Shown here: positions 55,553 through 63,056 of the stretch, one piece after another | Layout of the letters: each line of letters starts with the position of its first letter | Position numbering within the stretch: the stretch's first letter is position 1 | Source of the DNA: Candidatus Omnitrophota bacterium | GTDB lineage: Bacteria > Omnitrophota > Gorgyraeia > Duberdicusellales > 4484-171 | Length of the DNA: 64,000 bases | Assembly (NCBI GenBank): GCA_041652815.1 | Contig: JBAZGN010000004.1 | Location: forward strand, 143,890-207,889 | Direction of reading: 5' to 3' | The notes under the pieces: model-generated | What the model was told of the DNA's origin: nothing | The model's input: only the letters and a program-made list of their open reading frames with translations | The model's database searches: none | Translations under genes and position numbers: made by a program

Positions 55553-55652
55553 CAAAGGAACCAGAAACTAGAGAATAATAATTAGAAAGGGATTCTGTTA
55601 TCTGTACTCTGTAATCTGGTTTCTCCAGAGCGACTAAGAGGAGCGATGGAAA

Positions 55653-55742
55653 ATGCCTTGTGGAAGGAAAAGAAAGCTGAAAAAAGTGAAAAGACACTGG
55701 TTTAAGAAGAGAAGAAAACAACAGAGACATAAATCTAGATAA
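55653..55742 (+). CDS. candidate unannotated 29-aa highly basic peptide (bS22 / DUF1713-like ribosomal-type peptide?)
   Basis: ATG at 55653 gives MPCGRKRKLKKVKRHWFKKRRKQQRHKSR, with 18 of 29 residues K/R/H. AGGAG lies 11 nt upstream. The stop is immediately followed by a perfect 19 bp inverted repeat. Below the six-frame track's size cutoff. Confidence 0.3.
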   Translation: MPCGRKRKLKKVKRHWFKKRRKQQRHKSR

Positions 55743-55798
55743 TATAATTGGCTGCGCCAAACCTAAGTTCTTGTTTTGCGCAGCCAATTATATTATGT
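55741..55798. repeat. perfect 19 bp inverted repeat (ATAATATAATTGGCTGCGC ... GCGCAGCCAATTATATTAT) with 20 nt loop
   Basis: Seen directly. Lies between the small basic ORF / hisG and the TPR gene. Possible terminator or protein-binding palindrome. Confidence 0.6.
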
Positions 55799-55811
55799 TT
55801 GGTAAACTTCT

Positions 55812-56948
55812 ATGATATTTTTTCGAATGTCTACTTCTGTCAAACGCGCAAATATCGAAAACGCTGTTAATTTTATAAAATCTGCGGCAGTAAGCCCCGT
55901 TAGAGAATTGCGTTATCTGAGGATTTATCGCGCTGACTCCGCTAGAAAAATATTCTCTAACGGGGTAAAGCAAAATTTTTTCTTGCCGCTTGTAATCTTT
56001 TTTATCTCCTGCCTTGGCGCTCTAAATCTCTTTGCCGCGAGCGAACAATCTATTAAAAAGCTTTATGGCGATTATCTCAAAGGTTTGTTCTATGCTGAGG
56101 AAGGTAGTTTTGAGCAAGCGTTGACGGAACTTAATAAAGTAAAAAAAGTTGACCCTAATTCCATATATGTAAGATTAAAAATAGCAAGCGTTTTAATACG
56201 GATGGGCGCCCTTGAAAAAGCGGAAGCCGAACTTAAAGAAGCAAAGGCGCTTAATCCGGAAAGTTTTGATGCTTCTCTTGGCCTAATTTTTCTCTATTCT
56301 TACGGCCAGAAAGATGTAGAGCTTGAAGGTGAATATGAGGAGTTTTTAAAAAAAGCTCATAAATTGAAGCCGGGAGATGTGAAAATCTCCGAATATCTTG
56401 CGCAGTTTTATTTTTATAAAAAACAGCCGCAGGAAGCATTAGCGATTTACGAAAATATCGTAAAACAGCAGCCCGAGTATGTTGATGCGCTTTTTTGGCT
56501 TGGTTTTTTATATGAAGACCTTAAACGGCGTGATGATGCGATAAAAACCTGGAAAAAGGCTTTGCAAATTTCGCCTAACCATTCCCAGACCTTGAATTCT
56601 CTCGGTTATTTATACGCCGAAGAAGGTAAAAACCTCGATGAAGCTGAAAGCATGCTTAAAAAGGCTTTAGAGGCAGAGCCTGATAACGGTGCATATCTTG
56701 ATAGCATTGGCTGGATTTATTTTAAAAAGAAAGATTACAAAAAAGCGCAGGACTACCTGAAGAAAGCTATAAAATACCAGGAAGACCCGGTTATTTATGA
56801 ACATATGGGCGATCTCTACATAGCTTTGAGTAAAAAAGAAGATGCGCTTGATTTTTACAAGAAAGGCCTGGAGCGTTTCCCCGATAATAAAGAACTAAAA
56901 AATAAAGTAGATAGATATGGAGCAGAAAATAAAGTACCTAAAAAATAA
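55812..56948 (+). CDS. tetratricopeptide-repeat protein with N-terminal membrane anchor
   Basis: TM segment FFLPLVIFFISCLGALNLF, then at least 7 TPR-like 34-mers (e.g. AEAELKEAKALNPESFDASLGLIFLY; ALFWLGFLYEDLKRRDDAIKTWKKALQISP). Confidence 0.7.
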   Translation: MIFFRMSTSVKRANIENAVNFIKSAAVSPVRELRYLRIYRADSARKIFSNGVKQNFFLPLVIFFISCLGALNLFAASEQSIKKLYGDYLKGLFYAEEGSFEQALTELNKVKKVDPNSIYVRLKIASVLIRMGALEKAEAELKEAKALNPESFDASLGLIFLYSYGQKDVELEGEYEEFLKKAHKLKPGDVKISEYLAQFYFYKKQPQEALAIYENIVKQQPEYVDALFWLGFLYEDLKRRDDAIKTWKKALQISPNHSQTLNSLGYLYAEEGKNLDEAESMLKKALEAEPDNGAYLDSIGWIYFKKKDYKKAQDYLKKAIKYQEDPVIYEHMGDLYIALSKKEDALDFYKKGLERFPDNKELKNKVDRYGAENKVPKK

Positions 56949-57768
56949 GGCTAACGAAATAAGAAAGCTTATCATCGAGATGCTTGCCAAAGCAGGAAGC
57001 GGCCATCCGGGCGGCTCTCTTTCGTCGTCAGATATAATCGCCTGTCTTTACTTTGAAGTTATGCGTCATGACCCTAAAAATCCCGCATGGCCGGATAGAG
57101 ACAGGTTTCATTTGTCCAAAGGGCATTGCGCCCCCGCGCTTTACGCAACTCTCGCGTTAAGCGGTTATTTTCCACGGGAGGCTTTATGGACTTTACGTAA
57201 GCTTAATTCCATACTTCAGGGCCATCCCGACAAACGTGTTCCCGGGGTAGAAGTTGCCAGCGGCTCGTTGGGGCAGGGTTTATCCATTGCTTTGGGAATG
57301 GCGCTTTCTGCCAAAGTAGATAAAAAAGATTACCGCGTGTATTGTCTTATGGGTGATGGTGAAATACAGGAAGGCAATATCTGGGAAGCAGCTATGGCTG
57401 CGGCACATTTTAAAGCAGATAATTTGTGCGGTATAGTTGACTATAATCATTTTCAGATTGACGGTAGAACTGATGATATCATGAACCTGGAGCCTCTTTT
57501 GAATAAATGGGAAGCTTTCGGCTGGCATGCCCTGTCCTGCGATGGACATAATCTTAAAGAACTGCTCGAGGCTTTTAGGATTGCAAAGACGGTTAAATTA
57601 AAACCAACAGTTATAATTGCTCACACAGTAAAAGGCAAGGGTGTTTCTTTTATGGAACACGTGGTTGATTTCCACGGAAGAGCGCCTACGGAAAAAGAAA
57701 GGGAAATCGCCCTTCGTGAACTTAGTGAAATCGAAAAAGCTGAAGAAGGCATAGAGGAAGAGGAATAA
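56917..57768 (+). CDS. transketolase, N-terminal (TPP-binding) subunit of a split enzyme
   Basis: SGHPGGSLSSSDI...HCAP...GSLGQGLSIALGMA...GDGEIQEGNIWEA motifs. 283 aa. The stop overlaps the start of the C-terminal subunit gene. Confidence 0.9.
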   Translation: MEQKIKYLKNKANEIRKLIIEMLAKAGSGHPGGSLSSSDIIACLYFEVMRHDPKNPAWPDRDRFHLSKGHCAPALYATLALSGYFPREALWTLRKLNSILQGHPDKRVPGVEVASGSLGQGLSIALGMALSAKVDKKDYRVYCLMGDGEIQEGNIWEAAMAAAHFKADNLCGIVDYNHFQIDGRTDDIMNLEPLLNKWEAFGWHALSCDGHNLKELLEAFRIAKTVKLKPTVIIAHTVKGKGVSFMEHVVDFHGRAPTEKEREIALRELSEIEKAEEGIEEEE

Positions 57769-58703
57769 TGGCCATAGAACAATTATACCAACGCGATGTT
57801 TACGGTAAAACTCTTGTTGAGCTTGGCAAAAAAGACGCAAGGGTTATTGTGTGTGATGCGGATTTATCCGGCTCAACGAGAACGATTTTGTTTGCGAAAG
57901 AGTTTCCCGACAGATTTTTTAATTTTGGTGTAGCCGAGCAGAATCTGATGGCGACTGCGGCAGGAATTGCCAGTTGCGGCAAGATAGTATTTGCCTCAAC
58001 TTTTGCGATGTTTGCCAGCGCGAGAGCGCTAGATCAGGTCAGAAACAGCATATGTTATAATAATTTAAACGTCAAAATCGTAGCAACTCATAGCGGAATA
58101 ACTGTTGGCGAAGACGGCGCATCTCATCAGGCCTTGGAAGATATAAATTTTATGCGCGCGATACCTAATATGAAAATAATAGTTCCTGCTGACGGCCCTG
58201 AAACTCGCGCAGCTATACTTGCTGCCTTCGAAACTAACGGCCCGTTTTACGTTAGATTAGGAAGGTCAAAGGTGGCTTCTATCGAAAGTAAAAAAGATTT
58301 TGTTCTGGGGAAGGGCTATATGTGCCGGGAAGGAAAGGGCATAGCATTAATTGCGTGTGGTGTTATGGTCAATGAAGCTTTGGCCGCCGCCGCTGCACTT
58401 ACGGATAAAAAAATAGATGCTGCAGTATTTAATATTCACACCATAAAACCATTAGATAAATCCTTGATCGTTGATATCGCTAAAAAATACGGCAAAATTA
58501 TTGTTTGCGAGGAACATCAGGTAACCGGCGGATTATATTCAGCAGTATGTGAAACATTGTCTCATGACTGCCCTGTTTTGGTTGAACATATAGGTGTTGA
58601 AGACAGGTTCGGCCAATCGGGTTCACCAAAAGAGCTTATGGAATGCTATGGACTCTCGGCTAATTGTATCGCGAAAAAATGCGAAGAATTTTTACGGAAG
58701 TAA
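57768..58703 (+). CDS. transketolase, C-terminal (pyrimidine-binding / C-terminal domain) subunit
   Basis: FGVAEQNLMATAAGIA...THSGITVGEDGASHQALEDI...IVPADGPE. 311 aa. Confidence 0.9.
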   Translation: MAIEQLYQRDVYGKTLVELGKKDARVIVCDADLSGSTRTILFAKEFPDRFFNFGVAEQNLMATAAGIASCGKIVFASTFAMFASARALDQVRNSICYNNLNVKIVATHSGITVGEDGASHQALEDINFMRAIPNMKIIVPADGPETRAAILAAFETNGPFYVRLGRSKVASIESKKDFVLGKGYMCREGKGIALIACGVMVNEALAAAAALTDKKIDAAVFNIHTIKPLDKSLIVDIAKKYGKIIVCEEHQVTGGLYSAVCETLSHDCPVLVEHIGVEDRFGQSGSPKELMECYGLSANCIAKKCEEFLRK

Positions 58704-59538
58704 AATAAAGGTCTTAAGCCCCGCCAAAATAAACCTTTACCTTAATATTCTAGGCAAATATCCTTCTGGCTACCATAAAATCGAAAGTATCGCCGAACGA
58801 ATTTCTCTTTTCGATGAATTAACTATTACGATAGCAAAGCATAACGATATAAAAATTTCCTGCAATAAAAGAAATCTCGCCAACAAAGAAAACCTTTGTG
58901 TCAAATCTGCAAGATTGCTGAAGAAAAAATATAAAATTCAACACGGCTTCGATATTCGTCTTTTAAAAAGAATACCTGTCGGTTCTGGCCTTGGGGGAGG
59001 CTCATCTAATGCGGCTTTAACAATGCTTGCAATAGATGAGCTTTGCGGGTTAAGCCTGGATAAAAATACTTTATACGAATTAGGTAGTTGCATAGGAAGC
59101 GATGTCAATTTTTTTCTTGCGCAAAGCCGGTTCGCAGTAATTAGCGGTAGAGGAGAAAAAGTGTTACCCATAGAGGGAAAAACCTTTAAACATACAATCA
59201 TCTGGCCAGGGTCAAGTCTTGCTACAAGCAAGGTTTATGGTAACTATAGAGCTAAATTGACAAATTTTCTTAATAATGTTAAGATGCTGACTTACGCATT
59301 AAAAAAAGGCGATTGCCAGTTGTTAAAAAACAATATTTTTAATGCATTGGAGAATGTCGCTCTTTGTCTTTGTATGGAGTTGTCTGCAGCCAAGATTAAG
59401 CTTTTAAAGAATGGAATTTTTTCAAGAGTAACCGGCAGCGGCAGTGCAATATACACGCTTTGTGAAAATTCTTTGCAAAAAAAAGTAAAAAGCATTTTGC
59501 CGAAAGATTGGTTCATTTTCCATGTGCAGACATTTTAA
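58594..59538 (+). CDS. ispE: 4-diphosphocytidyl-2-C-methyl-D-erythritol kinase
   Basis: KVLSPAKINLYLNILGK...YHKIESI. GHMP kinase motif PVGSGLGGGSSNAA. The biological start is probably the in-frame ATG at 58648, which would shorten the overlap with the transketolase gene. Confidence 0.85.
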   Translation: MLKTGSANRVHQKSLWNAMDSRLIVSRKNAKNFYGSKIKVLSPAKINLYLNILGKYPSGYHKIESIAERISLFDELTITIAKHNDIKISCNKRNLANKENLCVKSARLLKKKYKIQHGFDIRLLKRIPVGSGLGGGSSNAALTMLAIDELCGLSLDKNTLYELGSCIGSDVNFFLAQSRFAVISGRGEKVLPIEGKTFKHTIIWPGSSLATSKVYGNYRAKLTNFLNNVKMLTYALKKGDCQLLKNNIFNALENVALCLCMELSAAKIKLLKNGIFSRVTGSGSAIYTLCENSLQKKVKSILPKDWFIFHVQTF

Positions 59539-59675
59539 CCCAGGTATGTTTAATCCCTTTGCTGTAATTACACGGGCACGTCTTCGACAGCCCGTATAAA
59601 ATGACGGAAGGGGGCGTCGCCCGCCTAAAGCGGGCTCCAGAACAATTTCTTATAAATAAGTAATTGTTCTTTAAA

Positions 59676-59718
59676 CGTGTTTTTACTAGCAGCTTACCCA
59701 ACAGGGCTTCGGCCTGTT
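59676..59718 (+). terminator. terminator-like hairpin downstream of ispE
   Basis: CTTACCCAACAGGG-CTTCGG-CCTGTTGGGTAAG: a 14 bp perfect stem with a GC-containing loop, followed by GCAGGGCAAATTTGTTTT (weak U-tract). Confidence 0.45.
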
Positions 59719-59816
59719 GGGTAAGGCAGGGCAAATTTGTTTTACTAAAGAAAGATACAAATCTTTCAGGTTTTGATTTGTAAAATTTCTTTAATCAGTT
59801 ATGCAGTTGTTAATTA

Positions 59817-59824
59817 TGTATAAT
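59817..59824 (+). promoter_or_regulatory. extended -10 promoter element (TGTATAAT) upstream of spoVG
   Basis: TGnTATAAT at 59817-59824, about 105 nt upstream of the spoVG ATG. No good -35 hexamer. The 5'-UTR has a short GCCTC/GAGGC hairpin. Confidence 0.35.
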
Positions 59825-59928
59825 TGCCTCGTGAGGCGCGGGGCGGCAAAAACTGTGTAAGGGCAAATTTTGCTTTGTTTGTTCCGAGCTATTATCGGAG
59901 CAGAGCTTGGGTTAAAGGAGGTAAGCTC

Positions 59929-60342
59929 ATGGAGATTACAGAAGTCAGGATTTCACTCAGGGAAAATGAAGGCAAGCGTCTTAAGGCATACGCAACAGTT
60001 ACATTCGATAACTCTTTTGTTGTAAAGAATATTAAGGTTGTAGAAGGTAATAGTGGCTTGTTTGTGGCTATGCCGGCCAGAAAAGCAAAGCAATTTTGCC
60101 CGCGTTGCGGAAAAAAAGTAGACATGGGAAGCCACTATTGCAATCATTGCGGCGTGCAATTACCTCCGCCCCCTAAAGACTTGGGAACAAATAGGCAAAC
60201 AACGCACCAGGACCTCGCGCATCCTATAAATCAGGAGTTTCGCGATTATCTTCAAAGTAAGGTTTTGGACGCTTATCAAAGCGAAAAAACATTAGGGCCA
60301 AGAGAGGAGATTAAAGAAGAAAGTCCGGAAATGCAAAGTTAG
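59929..60342 (+). CDS. spoVG: SpoVG-family protein carrying an internal CxxC...CxxC zinc-ribbon insertion
   Basis: MEITEVRISLRENEGKRLKAYATVTFDNSFVVKNIKVVEGNSGLFVAMPARK is colinear with SpoVG. After ...AMPARKAKQ comes the insertion FCPRCGKKVDMGSHYCNHCGVQLPPPP, then the usual DLAHPIN...LDAY. RBS AAGGAGG at 59914-59920. The track ORF starts earlier at 59824, but the RBS supports 59929. Confidence 0.8.
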   Translation: MEITEVRISLRENEGKRLKAYATVTFDNSFVVKNIKVVEGNSGLFVAMPARKAKQFCPRCGKKVDMGSHYCNHCGVQLPPPPKDLGTNRQTTHQDLAHPINQEFRDYLQSKVLDAYQSEKTLGPREEIKEESPEMQS

Positions 60343-60431
60343 AGAAAGGTTAAGGCTAAGGTCAAGGCTAATTAAAAAACGGATTTATTATATTCTCGAC
60401 CTTAACCTCAGCCTTTTTTGTTTTTATAGAT

Positions 60432-60590
60432 TGCCCGGTAGTGTCCCTGAACCAGAGTCGCCTTCGGCAACACGGTTCAGGGTTAAAAAATTGGTAACAC
60501 AGCAGAATTTGCCGTGAATCAGAGCAAAGCACGGTTCACGGCAACCCTATACCGTGCGAGCAAAGCGAGCTCTGGTATAGGGTTGGGTCA
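60432..60590 (+). other. partial tRNA-Gln copy (acceptor/D-arm/anticodon-stem 5' part) interrupted by two small hairpin insertions
   Basis: TGCCCGGTAGTGT + [CCCTGAACCAGAG...GGTTCAGGG hairpin] + AATTGGTAACACAGCAGAATTTG + [~70 nt double-hairpin element CCGTGAATCAGAG...GGTATAGGG] + TTGGGTC, then unrelated sequence. Confidence 0.6.
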
Positions 60591-60594
60591 AAAC

Positions 60595-60867
60595 ATGCAC
60601 TGTGTTTATATCTTATATAGTAAAAAGATTAAGCGATTCTATATTGGCTATACTGAAAATTTGCCAAGAAGGATAGCCGAACATGAACGAGGAAGCACTT
60701 GGACAACGGCTAGGTTGCCAGGATTCGAATTGATATTTTGTGAATATTTTGTTTCTCGTCTAGATGCTGTAAGGCGAGAAAAATATTTCAAGACTACAAA
60801 AGGAAAAAGATCATTGAAGCTAATTTTGAGAGATTCACTCAACGACAACGATTGCCCGGTAGTGTAA
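60595..60867 (+). CDS. GIY-YIG nuclease-superfamily protein (short YhbQ/UPF0213-like type)
   Basis: VYILYSKKIKRFYIGYTENLPRRIAEHERG is the GIY-(10)-YIG...R...E signature. Likely start at 60595 (MHCVY). The track ORF from 60514 reads through the hairpin element upstream. The 3' end overlaps the tRNA start. Confidence 0.7.
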   Translation: MHCVYILYSKKIKRFYIGYTENLPRRIAEHERGSTWTTARLPGFELIFCEYFVSRLDAVRREKYFKTTKGKRSLKLILRDSLNDNDCPVV

Positions 60868-60924
60868 TTGGTAACACAGCAGAATTTGGGTCTGTTTTTT
60901 GTGGTTCGAGTCCACACCGGGCAG
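60854..60924 (+). tRNA. tRNA-Gln (anticodon UUG), intact
   Basis: Folded by hand. Acceptor TGCCCGG/CCGGGCA with U1:A72 and G73 (Gln identity). U8. D-stem GTGT/ACAC with GG in the loop. Anticodon stem GCAGA/TCTGT. Loop ATTTGGG (U33, anticodon TTG). T-arm TGTGG-TTCGAGT-CCACA. No encoded CCA. Confidence 0.7.
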
Positions 60925-60942
60925 ATAGATTACTTAGTAGTA

Positions 60943-61065
60943 CAGCAGAATTTGCCGTGAACCAGAGCAAAGCACGGTTCACGGCAACCCTATACTGTGC
61001 GAGCAAAGCGAGCTCTGGTATAGGGTTGGGTCTGTTTTTTGTGGTTCGAGTCCACACCGGGCAGT
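60943..61065 (+). other. partial tRNA-Gln copy (anticodon stem to 3' end) carrying the same ~70 nt double-hairpin insertion in the anticodon loop
   Basis: CAGCAGAATTTG + CCGTGAACCAGAGCAAAGCACGGTTCACGGCAACCCTATACTGTGCGAGCAAAGCGAGCTCTGGTATAGG + GTTGGGTCTGTTTTTTGTGGTTCGAGTCCACACCGGGCAG. The 3' 41 nt are identical to the intact tRNA. Confidence 0.6.
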
Positions 61066-61209
61066 ACTTCGACTCGTTCGCCCTTCGTTTACGAAGGGCT
61101 CACTCGCTCAGTACAAGTTTTTAATATTAAACCTCGGGGTGAACGAGGAGAAGTATCCTGAGCGAACGACGAGCGATCCATAATAAGCGTAACCTAATTA
61201 AAGCGAGGA

Positions 61210-61488
61210 GTGAGTCGAAGGATAATGTGGTATGTGTATATTCTCAGTTGCGAGAACGGAGATTTGTACACTGGCATTACAAATAATCTTAAGCGTCGAT
61301 TCGAAGAGCATGCATCGGGCAAAGGTGGTCATTTCACGAAATCGTTTATAGCGAAAGATATTTTATTTTCCGAAGAGCATCCCGATAAGTCGTCAGCGTT
61401 AAGACGCGAAGCTCAAATTAAAGGTTGGACGAGGAAAAAGAAATTAGCGTTGGCCAAAAAAGATTTAGAGCTTTTGAATAAACTATAG
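61210..61488 (+). CDS. GIY-YIG nuclease-superfamily protein (YhbQ/UPF0213-like), second copy
   Basis: WYVYILSCENGDLYTGITNNLKRRFEEHASGKGGHFTK...LRREAQIKGW is colinear with E. coli YhbQ. The start is either the GTG at 61210 or the ATG at 61225. Confidence 0.75.
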   Translation: MSRRIMWYVYILSCENGDLYTGITNNLKRRFEEHASGKGGHFTKSFIAKDILFSEEHPDKSSALRREAQIKGWTRKKKLALAKKDLELLNKL

Positions 61489-61773
61489 CTAATGTTATAA
61501 GTATGATACTTTACGAAGAAATATTGCGGGAGTTTCAAAAAAATAAAGCATCTGGCCGCGATAAAGATTTGGAAGATATTAAATATCTAAAATTGGTTAA
61601 AAAATCAAAATGAAGTTTGGCTGGAAAACTCAAAAAGAAAAAATTTCTCGAGGTGCAAAAATGTCTGCTGCGAAAAAACTTGAAGGCATCAGGTTGATGA
61701 ATGAATTAGCAGATAGAGTATTATCTATCCGGCAAAAACTTTTAAGGCGCAAATTAAGAGAAGGTAATTAATC

Positions 61774-63054
61774 ATGAAAAACTTTACCGCAATAATACTT
61801 GCAGCAGGCAAGGGTGTGAGGATGAAATCCAATCTTCCGAAAGTTCTTCACGAACTTAGGGAGAAGCCTCTCATCGGCCATGTGCTTTCGCAATTAAAAA
61901 AAGTTAAAGCCGTAAAACAAGTAATAGTTGTAACAGGTTATAAAGCATCTTTGGTTGAGGCATATGTAAAAAATAATTTTAAAGGCATTAATTTCGTTCG
62001 CCAGCATAAATTACAAGGAACTGCTGACGCCGTTAAAAGCGCGCAGGGCAAAGTAAAACACGATAATGTTTTAATCCTTTGCGCAGATACGCCATTAATA
62101 ACAGAAAAAACAATTTCTTCATTTATTTTATCTTACCAAAAACAAAATGCTAAGTGTGCGGTAATTTCAGCGTGTGTTGAAACAAACAATGACTTAGGCA
62201 GGATTATAAGAGATAGCAACAATAACATTGAAGCTATTTGCGAAAAGCAGGATTTAACGGTATACCTTTCAGGCAGCCAGAGCTTACGGGAGGTTAATAG
62301 CGGAATATATGCTTTTGATAAACTTGTACTTTTTGCTAATCTTAAGGAAATCAAAAAGAATGAAAAAAAGGGGGAATATTTTTTCACCGATATAATCGAA
62401 ATTCTTTATCGAAAAGGCATTCCTATAGAGTCTTATCTTTTAAGCGATAACGATGAGATTGTGGGTGTAAACAGCCGCGGGGAATTGGCCCTTGCGGAAA
62501 AGATTTTAAATACTCGGGTAGTTGAGGAGTTTATGGAGGGCGGGGTGCGCATTATTGATCCCCAAACCACATTCATCAAAGATAACGTGAAAATAGGCAA
62601 AAATACTTTAATTTACCCCTTTACCTTTATAGAAAAGAATGTTATAATTGGCAGTCATTGTCGCCTTGGCCCGTTCATCCATTTGAGGGAAGGTACGCGC
62701 GTTGATAGCGGTGTTGGGCTGGGAAACTTTGTTGAGATTTGCCGTTCCAAGATAGGAAAAACAACACGAATTAAGCATTTTAGTTATATTGGCGACGCAA
62801 CAATCGGAACAAACGTAAACATAGGCGCCGGCACTGTTGTTGCAAATTATGACGGCAAAACGAAGAGTAAGACCGTAATCGGAAACAACTCTTTTATAGG
62901 TTCAGATAGCGTTTTGGTTGCGCCGCTTAATATAGGTAATCATGCCGTAACAGGAGCGGGAAGTGTTGTACGCAGGAACGTTAAATCGAAAACAGTAGTA
63001 GTAGGTGTTCCCGCAAGGTTTTTAAAAAAAATAAATAAAAAAACTAAGGGCTAA
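61774..63054 (+). CDS. glmU: bifunctional UDP-N-acetylglucosamine pyrophosphorylase / glucosamine-1-phosphate N-acetyltransferase
   Basis: N-terminal nucleotidyltransferase AIILAAGKGVRMKSNLPKVLH. C-terminal left-handed beta-helix hexapeptide repeats (IGKNTLIYPFTFIE...IGSHCRLGP...). 426 aa. Confidence 0.9.
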   Translation: MKNFTAIILAAGKGVRMKSNLPKVLHELREKPLIGHVLSQLKKVKAVKQVIVVTGYKASLVEAYVKNNFKGINFVRQHKLQGTADAVKSAQGKVKHDNVLILCADTPLITEKTISSFILSYQKQNAKCAVISACVETNNDLGRIIRDSNNNIEAICEKQDLTVYLSGSQSLREVNSGIYAFDKLVLFANLKEIKKNEKKGEYFFTDIIEILYRKGIPIESYLLSDNDEIVGVNSRGELALAEKILNTRVVEEFMEGGVRIIDPQTTFIKDNVKIGKNTLIYPFTFIEKNVIIGSHCRLGPFIHLREGTRVDSGVGLGNFVEICRSKIGKTTRIKHFSYIGDATIGTNVNIGAGTVVANYDGKTKSKTVIGNNSFIGSDSVLVAPLNIGNHAVTGAGSVVRRNVKSKTVVVGVPARFLKKINKKTKG

Positions 63055-63056
63055 CT

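Noticed and set aside
55646-55705. Alternative 19-aa ORF MENALWKEKKAEKSEKTLV overlapping the basic peptide ORF
   Set aside because: Its ATG is only 4 nt from the AGGAG, which is too close. The +1 frame basic peptide has better spacing and a more protein-like, ribosomal-type composition.
60512-60583. The ~70 nt anticodon-loop insertion as a self-splicing (group I) or archaeal-type tRNA intron
   Set aside because: At ~70 nt it is far too short for a group I intron and shows none of the P/Q/R/S core. Bacteria are not known to use bulge-helix-bulge splicing. An intact uninterrupted tRNA copy sits 260 nt away. More consistent with a small palindromic insertion element, but small-RNA data would be needed to be sure.
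60852-61124. 90-aa ORF (and the N-terminal 27 aa of the 60514 ORF) translating tRNA and hairpin-element sequence
   Set aside because: The sequence is the intact tRNA-Gln plus the partial tRNA copy and its inserted double-hairpin. The near-identical MNQSKARFTATLY(R/C)ASKASSGIGLG peptides arise because the repeat is read in the same frame twice. Not protein-coding.
61503-61771. Two small ORFs (36 aa MILYEEILREFQKNKASGRDKDLEDIKYLKLVKKSK; 53 aa MKFGWKTQKEKISRGAKMSAAKKLEGIRLMNELADRVLSIRQKL...) between the second GIY-YIG gene and glmU
   Set aside because: They are short, with weak RBS context. They may be remnants of the inserted element, for example a decayed TA or DNA-binding gene. Insufficient evidence to call.
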